Shown: piece by piece, positions 57,173 to 64,000 of the stretch
How the letters are laid out: the number at the start of each line of letters is the position of its first letter
How positions within the stretch are numbered: position 1 is the stretch's first letter
Notes under the pieces: generated by a model
Databases searched by the model: none
What the model saw: the letters and a program-made list of their open reading frames with translations, nothing else
What the model was told of the DNA's origin: nothing
Program-made: the position numbers and the translations under genes
Assembly (NCBI GenBank): GCA_040767065.1
Contig: JAXGPH010000003.1
Coordinates: 8,686 to 72,685, forward strand
DNA: 64,000 nt
Direction of reading: 5' to 3'
Source: Anaerolineaceae bacterium
GTDB lineage: Bacteria > Chloroflexota > Anaerolineae > Anaerolineales > Anaerolineaceae

Positions 57173-58975
57173 ATGACCACGCCCCCACGTTGGGATCTTT
57201 CCAATCTCTATCTCTCTCTAGATGACCCTGCCCTTGCGGCAGACATTGAAGCCGTGAAGCAATCCATCCAGGAAGCAACCCAGGCGTTCGAAACAAAATT
57301 TCTGCCTTTGCTTGACCCTGCCACATCCCTTGAAACCCTCAACCACGCCTTGAATGGCTACGTGGAAGCAGCCAACGCCCTCGAACTGAAGGCTGGCAAA
57401 ATTTTTTCCTTTTTAGGCGCAATCATTTCCACAGATTCCTTTAACAAGGCTGCCGAGCAACTGCATTCAAAAATGGCAATAGCCATGCTTCCACTGCATG
57501 ATTTGGATGTGAGAATCAGTGCCTGGCTGGGTGCCCTCGGCGATCGGCTGGATAAGGCGCTGGAGATTCCAGGTGCGGCGCATGATCACGCATTTCGGCT
57601 GCTGGAAATGGCGAAGGAGAGCCGTTTCCAAATGTCTGAACCGGAGGAGAGCCTCGCCAACGAGCTGACGCTTTCGGGTGGAAGGGCTTGGGGTGACCTG
57701 CAGGGGGTGCTAACTTCGCAGAAGAATGTCGACTTCGAGCTGGATGGTAAGCTGCAATCCCTGCCTCTGCCTGCATTGATCAACCTGCGCTCGCATCCAG
57801 ACGCGGGAGTGCGGGAGCGCGCCTACAAACGTGAGCAGCAAGTCTTCGAAGAAATGAAAGAGCCATTGGCTGCCTGTTTGAATGGTGTTAAAGGGGAGGT
57901 GGTAACGCTGGATCGCAAGCGCGGTCGCGAAGACTGCCTGCATTCCTCGCTGGACAAGGCAAGGATCGATCGCAGCACGCTCGAGGCGATGCTGGGAGCA
58001 ATTGATGATGCCTTGCCAATGTTCAGGCGCTATTTCCAAGCCAAGGCTCGCATCCTTGGCTCCGAGAAATTGCCCTGGTGGAGCTTGTTTGCCCCGATCG
58101 GTGAAGTAAACAAGGAATATACGTTTGATGAAGCCCGCGATCTAATCCTGGAGTATTTCGGCACTTTCTCGCCTGAACTGGCTGAATTCGCCAGGGGCGC
58201 TTTTGAAAAACACTGGATCGACGCTGAGCAGCGCCCCGGCAAACGCGGTGGAGCGTTTTGCATGGGCGTGGATGCCATACGGGAAAGCCGCATTATGGCG
58301 AATTTCGACGGCTCCTTTGACCAGGTAATGACCCTGGCGCATGAACTCGGGCATGGCTTCCATAATTACTGCGCCTATCAGGCGGGCAAAACCCCCATGC
58401 AAACCAATACGCCCATGACCCTGGCGGAAACCGCCTCGATCATGTGCGAGACGATTGTTTTCAACGCAATCCTTAAAACCGTCAGCGATCCACTGGAGGA
58501 ACGCGCAATCCTTGAAACCACAATTTCCAGTGACGCCCAAACTATTGTTGATATTTACTCGCGCTTCATCTTTGAGAAGGCGGTGTTCGAGAGGCGCAAG
58601 GAATCAACCATTTCTGCTGATGAAATCAGCGCCTTGATGCTGGACGCCCAGCGAAGAACTTATGGCGATGGACTGAATCAGGACGTTTTGAACAAGTTTG
58701 CCTGGACCTGGAAACCGCATTATTACAGCACGCAGTTGTCTTTCTACAATTACCCCTACGCCTTCGGCAGTTTGTTTGCAAAAGGACTCTACAGCGTTTA
58801 TCGTGAGCGAGGAGAGGATTTTGTGGAGGACTATAAAACTCTGCTCTCTAACACCGGCGAGGCTCAGGCGGCAGACCTGGCGGCACGCTTTGGGATTGAT
58901 ATCCGTTCAAGGGAATTCTGGGCGGCATCGCTGGCGCAGATTGGTGAGCAAATCGAACGTTACATTGCGATTTGA
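57173..58975 (+). CDS. pepF: M3B oligoendopeptidase (PepF family)
   Basis: HELGHGFH zinc motif. Start at the ATG at 57173 with an AAAGGAG RBS. Confidence 0.85.
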   Translation: MTTPPRWDLSNLYLSLDDPALAADIEAVKQSIQEATQAFETKFLPLLDPATSLETLNHALNGYVEAANALELKAGKIFSFLGAIISTDSFNKAAEQLHSKMAIAMLPLHDLDVRISAWLGALGDRLDKALEIPGAAHDHAFRLLEMAKESRFQMSEPEESLANELTLSGGRAWGDLQGVLTSQKNVDFELDGKLQSLPLPALINLRSHPDAGVRERAYKREQQVFEEMKEPLAACLNGVKGEVVTLDRKRGREDCLHSSLDKARIDRSTLEAMLGAIDDALPMFRRYFQAKARILGSEKLPWWSLFAPIGEVNKEYTFDEARDLILEYFGTFSPELAEFARGAFEKHWIDAEQRPGKRGGAFCMGVDAIRESRIMANFDGSFDQVMTLAHELGHGFHNYCAYQAGKTPMQTNTPMTLAETASIMCETIVFNAILKTVSDPLEERAILETTISSDAQTIVDIYSRFIFEKAVFERRKESTISADEISALMLDAQRRTYGDGLNQDVLNKFAWTWKPHYYSTQLSFYNYPYAFGSLFAKGLYSVYRERGEDFVEDYKTLLSNTGEAQAADLAARFGIDIRSREFWAASLAQIGEQIERYIAI

Positions 58976-58989
58976 GGTTTTGATGCAAG

Positions 58990-60712
58990 GGCATAATGCG
59001 CCGTTTTTACGCACTCCGCCAACGACGTGGGTATCGGAGCGATCCTGCGCAAGGCTTGTATGGAAATAACGCTCTGAGGCAGCCTTGTTCTGACACACAA
59101 CACCCCGTGCGGACCCGGGCAGGCATGGGGGTCTGCTGCTACCCGGAAATATCCTTGTGCGGGTCACCCCATGGGGTGACCCGTCTCGGTTGAGGCATCT
59201 CACAAAGGAAGGCACGGCATCCAACAGGGGGAGGCTTCACACTGCTGTGCCCCGACCAAAAAGGATATGTTCTCGCCGCTCTGCAGATACCCCCCACTTT
59301 GTTGCGATCACAGACCGCACTAGGGGGTTGACCGCCAGGTCTCATAAGGTAGGGGTAACCCCCCTGGTTAACCGTCTACACGGCAGAAACTATAAGACCA
59401 TTGTAGGGAAAAGGCCTGTGCAGTTCCGTTTGGTTGTGGCGGGTGATTGTTGTAGGGAACGGCCTTGCGCCGTTCCGGTTAGCCATGTTGAGGACAGGGG
59501 TCAAGCCCCTTCCCTACGAAAACAATCAAGCCAAAGTGGATATCCTCGCGTCGTTCCGTTTGGTTGTGGCGGGTGATTATTGTAGGGAACGGCCTCGCGC
59601 CGTTCCGGTTGATTGTGGCGGGTGATTATTGTAGGGAACGGCCTCGCGCCGTTCCGGTTAGCCATGTTGAGGAAGGGGTCAAGCTGTTTAGACAAGTATG
59701 ATTGTTTACACATTATACAGGGTGATTGTTTACATATTCCAGGGCAGACACGGGGGTCTGCCCCTACAAAGCTGCCCCCTCCTTAACCCCTGGAGATAGG
59801 GGTAACCCCCTGTGGTTACCCGCTCTCATGGCATATATGCGCTTGGTATTATGATCCAGAAGATTCTATGTGATTGACAAAAGTGTAAACAATCATCCTA
59901 CACAAATTGTAAACCATCATTGCCTCAGCCCCTTCCCTACGAAAACAATCAAGCCAAAGTGGATATCCTCGCGCCGTTCCGTTTGTTTGTGGCGGATGAT
60001 TGTTGTAGGGAACGGCCTTGCGCCGTTCCGGTTAGCCATGTTGAGGACGGGGTCAAGCCCCTTCCCTACGAAAACAATCAAGCCAAGGTGGATATCCTCG
60101 CGCCGTTCCGTTTGTTTGTGGCGGATGATTGTTGTAGGGAACGGCCTTGCACCGTTCCGTTTGGCCATGCTGAGGAAGGGGTCAAGCCCCTTCCCTACGA
60201 AAACAATCAAGCCAAGGTGGATATCCTCGCGCCGTTCCGTTTGTTTGTGGCGGATGATTGTTGTAGGGAACGGCCCGACGCTCCGATCAAATCCCACAGG
60301 CTTCACCTGCTTCGTTTGTTCGATAGTCTCTCTGCCCGAGGGTTTCTGTCTTCCTCGCTCATCCCACGAACTGCTCTCTGTACTCATCCTCTCAACGTTC
60401 GGCCCTTCCCAAAAAACTCTTGGTACTATGGCCTCTGCTGACTTCTGCCACCTCAGCCTGTCCTCTCAAACAGGGTTACTTTCCAAAACGATGGCAGACC
60501 TCCCCAGGTAAGCATGCTGACTTTCCCTGCACTCCTGCCCTATTTACTGTTTTGGCTCTTGGCCGCATTGGGCTTCGTTGTTATTTGCCAACTCGCCCAG
60601 CCTCACAGCCTCATAGGGTTCGTGCGCCTCAGGTCGCAGGTTTGCTTCCAGCTTCCTCCAGACCCCGCCTCACGACGACGCCCTTGCCTTCAGCTAACGG
60701 TTGATGGGTGAA
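58990..60712 (+). repeat. mosaic non-coding repeat block 2, an inverted counterpart of block 1
   Basis: It contains a 22-24 bp perfect palindrome GGGTCACCCCATGGGGTGACCC (59161-59182), degenerate hairpin units at 59400-59690, a GGGCAGAC hairpin at 59742-59766, a 129-bp tandem array at 59925-60290, and module X at 60290-60712. Confidence 0.7.
59925..60290 (+). repeat. 129-bp tandem repeat, about 2.8 copies
   Basis: ccttccctac recurs at 59931, 60060 and 60189 (period 129). Each unit carries GGAACGGC-cttgc-GCCGTTCC and the longer inverted pair CCCTACgaaAACAATC / GATTGTTGTAGGG. Confidence 0.8.
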
Positions 60713-60716
60713 ACAA

Positions 60717-62621
60717 TCACCTCAGGATGAGCGGCAGGAAGAGGTCAAAAGTTTCTTCCGTGAAATAGGCCGTGATGCTCTTGTTTGCGTCCATGATGAT
60801 CGTCAGTGGGTTGACATCCCCGCTTGCATCACCGTCCCAACCCGTGAAGGTCCATCCAGGGTCGGCTGTGGCTGTCAGGGTAACCTGGTCATATAATTGA
60901 TACTCAATCTGATCTGGATCTTTTGTAACCTCACCTTCACCCACCTTATCTACAGTTAAAGAGTAAAGTACAGGATCTGATCCGTACTCATAAGCGCCCA
61001 TGTCACAAACAGCTTCAGAGTCTCCATTTCCATCAACAGGTCGCACAAAATTCCGCTGATCAGTTGCAGGACAGTTGTTTGGGTCGCCGGCATCGATGGC
61101 AGGACTATTCTCGCCAAGGGCCATCGTCTGTGTAAAACCGCCGTTATCTGCCAGATCACCCAAAAGCGGGTCAACATTGATATTTCCATCACCGGCGAAT
61201 CCACCTCCCTGGATATTGCTGTAGGTGATAATTGGTGTCGAACTATACTGATTGGAAATCTGACCGCCGGTGTTTCCCCAAATTATTGCGTTCCTAATCG
61301 TAAGGTTGCTCGCAACGTTTAAAATTCCACCACCAACTGAAGCTGAGTTGCCAACAATTGTGACGTTTGTTAATGTTGAACTTTCGCCATTGGTATAGAT
61401 CCCTCCACCATTTGGAGCTGAGTTGCCGAACATCGTGACATTTGTCAATGTTGGACTGCTGTAATCGGTGCTGCTAATCCCCCCGCCATAGTGAGCTGAA
61501 TTTTCAGTTAGAGTAACACCATTCAATATAGGGTTGCTTAAATTGTAATTGTAAATACCGCCACCGTAATATGATGCTGAATTTGCAGAAAAACTTACAT
61601 CTTTTAATACAGGATCGCTATTCCAGTTGAACATTCCGCCCCCATCATAAGCTGAATTCTCTGAAAAGTTTACCGCCACTAGTATAGGGTTACTATCCCC
61701 GTTGTACATACCCCCTCCACCATAACCTTCATAGGTAGGTGAAGCGGTGTTTTTATAAAAAGTGACGTTGGTCAGTGTGGGGCTGCTGCTATTATTACAC
61801 ATTCCGCCACCAATTAATGCTGAATTCTCATTGAAAGTTACATGATCCAATGAAGGATTACTTTGGGCGTTATACATCCCGCCGCCACAACCTGAAACTA
61901 TGTTTCCAGAAAAAGTTACATTGGTAAGAGAAGAATCGGATGTGGAATTATAGATGCCTCCCCCTTCTCCGGCTGAGTTTCCAGAAAGTAAGATATTTAC
62001 CAATTTTGAGTTACCTGATTCGATGAAAATTCCGCCGCCAAAAGAAGCTGAATTTCCGGAAAATTTGATGTTTCTTAAGGTGAGATAGCTGTCAGCGATA
62101 TACATGCCACCGCCCATGTTGTTGGGATTACTTGAATTAGCAATCCCAACAGTGATGGTGAAGCCATCCAGGATTGTAGTGTCGCTCAAACCGCTGCCGG
62201 TGACCACGTGGAAGCTGTTGTCTGTGTTATTGCCTTCAGTGCCGATATCACCGCTGAGAGTGGTGAGGTTAGCTTCCCAATCGCGCTCGGTTAGGCTGCT
62301 TTCCGTCCCGGCAAAGCCACCATAAATGGCAACGCCTGATTCTAATAAGAAAGTCGCGGTGCGATCAGTGCCTGAAGTGGGTTTGTAAGTGCCCGCCGCC
62401 GCCCAGATCTGATCGCCTTCTTCAGCGGTATTGAGGGCTGTCTGAAGTTCACAGGCATCCGCCCAGGAAGCGCAGGTGCCATCTTCACTTGGTTTGACAT
62501 AGAGAATGTTGCCTTGGGTTTGGGGAGCGGTGGAATACGCAGAGACGGCGCTCCAGCCCAGGAAAATGCATAGTAATGCCGCGGAAAAAAAGACACTCAA
62601 AACGGATTTTTTAGCTTCCAT
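60717..62621 (-). CDS. secreted right-handed beta-helix repeat protein (Pmp-like GGxxxN repeats) with a C-terminal InlB-B/Flg_new-like repeat
   Basis: Signal peptide MEAKKSVLSVFFSAALLCIFLGWSAVSAYS. At least 10 repeats of the type L.NVTFSGNSA..GGGIYN. The C-terminus is LTVDKVGEGEVTKDP..VTLTATADPGWTFTGWDGDASG. Confidence 0.7.
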   Translation of the reverse strand: MEAKKSVLSVFFSAALLCIFLGWSAVSAYSTAPQTQGNILYVKPSEDGTCASWADACELQTALNTAEEGDQIWAAAGTYKPTSGTDRTATFLLESGVAIYGGFAGTESSLTERDWEANLTTLSGDIGTEGNNTDNSFHVVTGSGLSDTTILDGFTITVGIANSSNPNNMGGGMYIADSYLTLRNIKFSGNSASFGGGIFIESGNSKLVNILLSGNSAGEGGGIYNSTSDSSLTNVTFSGNIVSGCGGGMYNAQSNPSLDHVTFNENSALIGGGMCNNSSSPTLTNVTFYKNTASPTYEGYGGGGMYNGDSNPILVAVNFSENSAYDGGGMFNWNSDPVLKDVSFSANSASYYGGGIYNYNLSNPILNGVTLTENSAHYGGGISSTDYSSPTLTNVTMFGNSAPNGGGIYTNGESSTLTNVTIVGNSASVGGGILNVASNLTIRNAIIWGNTGGQISNQYSSTPIITYSNIQGGGFAGDGNINVDPLLGDLADNGGFTQTMALGENSPAIDAGDPNNCPATDQRNFVRPVDGNGDSEAVCDMGAYEYGSDPVLYSLTVDKVGEGEVTKDPDQIEYQLYDQVTLTATADPGWTFTGWDGDASGDVNPLTIIMDANKSITAYFTEETFDLFLPLILR

Positions 62622-62851
62622 AGAAACACCTCCATTTATTTAAAGAATCGGCAACAACTTATAAAAAATATGTAGCAAAAACCTACTATAGAAGTGGCTC
62701 AACCTATCTTTCCGCATCCTGAATATGAACTGGCTTTACTCAGCACAATAATAATTACAGTAATATATCACATTTACGGTAACATTTAGTAAATAGAGTA
62801 AAATTCTTCAACACACTGAATATACGATAGCAGAATTCAGGCTATAGATTC

Positions 62852-64000
62852 ATGACTGAAACAGACCTGCAAGCCGATATAGCTCTTCAAGATGAACTAC
62901 TTCTTGGCAAAGGATGGCTGCGGAACTACCTGCCGATGGGTATCGGGCAGATAGTGTCTTTGGTGGGCAGCGCTTTGGTCCAGTTTGCCTTGGTATGGTA
63001 TGTGACCAAGCAAACCGGCTCTGCTGCGGTGCTCGCCACTGCCACCACGGCAGCCTTGCTCCCTAATATCCTGCTTGGTCCGTTTGTGGGCGCGTTGGTG
63101 GACCGCTGGAATCGCAAGCTGGTGATGATCATCGCGGATTTGGTTGTAGCGCTTGCAACAGTGGTACTGGCAATGCTTTTTGCCACCGGCGCAATCCAAA
63201 TCTGGCACATCGTAGCGATCCTGCTCACCCGATCCGCAGCCGGCGTGTTTCAAGGTCCCGCGCGTATCGCCGCCACTACGTTGATGGTGCCAAAAGAGCA
63301 CCTGAGCCGCCTGGGGGGTATTAACCAGGCTGTGGATGGGATGATCACCGTTTTTTCGCCAGCTTTGGGAGCTTTATTGTTGGAACTACTGCCTATGCAG
63401 GGCGTGTTGGCGGTGGACATCATAACTGCGGCGATTGCCATTGCCCTTTTGATCTTTTTCGTCAGGGTGCCGCAGCCCAAAAACAGTCCGAAAGCCGATA
63501 AGGTCACGCCAAGGTCGCTCATGGCGGACGTGCGTGAGGGCATACGCTATATTGTCACCTGGCCTGGATTGTTCCTGATGATCGTGATGGCGAGCTTACT
63601 CAATATGTTCCTGGCGCCAGGCGCCAACTTGCTTCCGCTGCATGTCACCACATTTTTTGGCAAAGGAGCCCAGGAGCTGGCGTGGCTGCAAGCGGCTATG
63701 GGGATTGGGGGCATTGTCGGCGGGTTGTTGTTGGGAATTTGGGGTGGTTTCAGGCGCAGGGTTTGGACGGTGCTGATGGGGATTTTGGGGATTGGGGCTG
63801 GCATGCTCATCTTTGGATTGATCCCGGCAAATCGCTATATCATCTCCCTGATTTTTATGGGAATGGTTGGTTTCATGGCATCCATATCAAATGGATCTTT
63901 TGGTCCGTTACTACAGACAAAAGTTCCGCCGGAAGTGCAGGGACGGGTCTTTATGCTGCTTTCCAGCCTGACTATGGCAATGATGCCGATCGGCTTGTTC
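62852..64000 (+). CDS. MFS transporter (EntS/macrolide-efflux-like MFS_3 type), 3' end outside the window
   Basis: An open frame of 383 codons runs from the ATG at 62852 to the window end. It is not in the ORF track because it is unterminated. LGPFVGALVDRWNRK is the motif-A-like loop, and at least 10 TM segments are visible. Confidence 0.75.
   Translation, partial: MTETDLQADIALQDELLLGKGWLRNYLPMGIGQIVSLVGSALVQFALVWYVTKQTGSAAVLATATTAALLPNILLGPFVGALVDRWNRKLVMIIADLVVALATVVLAMLFATGAIQIWHIVAILLTRSAAGVFQGPARIAATTLMVPKEHLSRLGGINQAVDGMITVFSPALGALLLELLPMQGVLAVDIITAAIAIALLIFFVRVPQPKNSPKADKVTPRSLMADVREGIRYIVTWPGLFLMIVMASLLNMFLAPGANLLPLHVTTFFGKGAQELAWLQAAMGIGGIVGGLLLGIWGGFRRRVWTVLMGILGIGAGMLIFGLIPANRYIISLIFMGMVGFMASISNGSFGPLLQTKVPPEVQGRVFMLLSSLTMAMMPIGLF

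Noticed and set aside
59870-60511. 213-aa ORF (with overlapping 173-aa and 156-aa ORFs) spanning the 129-bp tandem repeats, considered as a repeat protein.
   Set aside because: Several frames and both strands are open simultaneously. Similarity between units and to block 1 is at nucleotide level with frame-breaking indels. No start context or protein motif is present.

Overview
This is a bacterial chromosomal window, mostly housekeeping genes. The gene content and the short palindromic repeats suggest a Chloroflexota/Anaerolineae-like genome, but that is inference only. Recognisable genes: glmM plus a giant phosphohexomutase, degV, murI, rplS, a thiamine-salvage ABC operon with thiamine pyrophosphokinase, PTS EIIB/EIIC (ascorbate family), tmk, plsC, rhomboid, cobO, greA, lysS, an ECF sigma/anti-sigma pair, metK, frr-uppS-cdsA, pheST, tpiA, pepF and one initiator-type tRNA-Met. 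Three classical cis-regulatory RNAs can be read directly: a TPP riboswitch, a SAM-I riboswitch and a Phe T-box. The most interesting gene is a heliorhodopsin (48239-49003). It lies beside an IS200 insertion, a DsrE/YedF-like gene and an SPFH gene, and faces a decayed CrtI-family oxidoreductase. The window also holds non-coding repeats: two ~1-1.7 kb mosaic blocks in inverted orientation (12.3-13.8 kb and 59.0-60.7 kb), which include a 129-bp tandem array and a ~430-bp module; and a ~260-370 bp element present three times with a variable 23-24 bp internal tandem repeat. Many genes are disrupted. Single homopolymer-associated indels break the essential genes rplS and murI, which may be sequencing artefacts. 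msrP, a DUF2974 gene, the crtI-like gene, trpB-like and response-regulator fragments and an IS630 fragment carry multiple lesions and look truly decayed. No CRISPR array, rRNA or recognisable defence system was seen. All calls come from reading the sequence and the ORF track by eye, with no database search.
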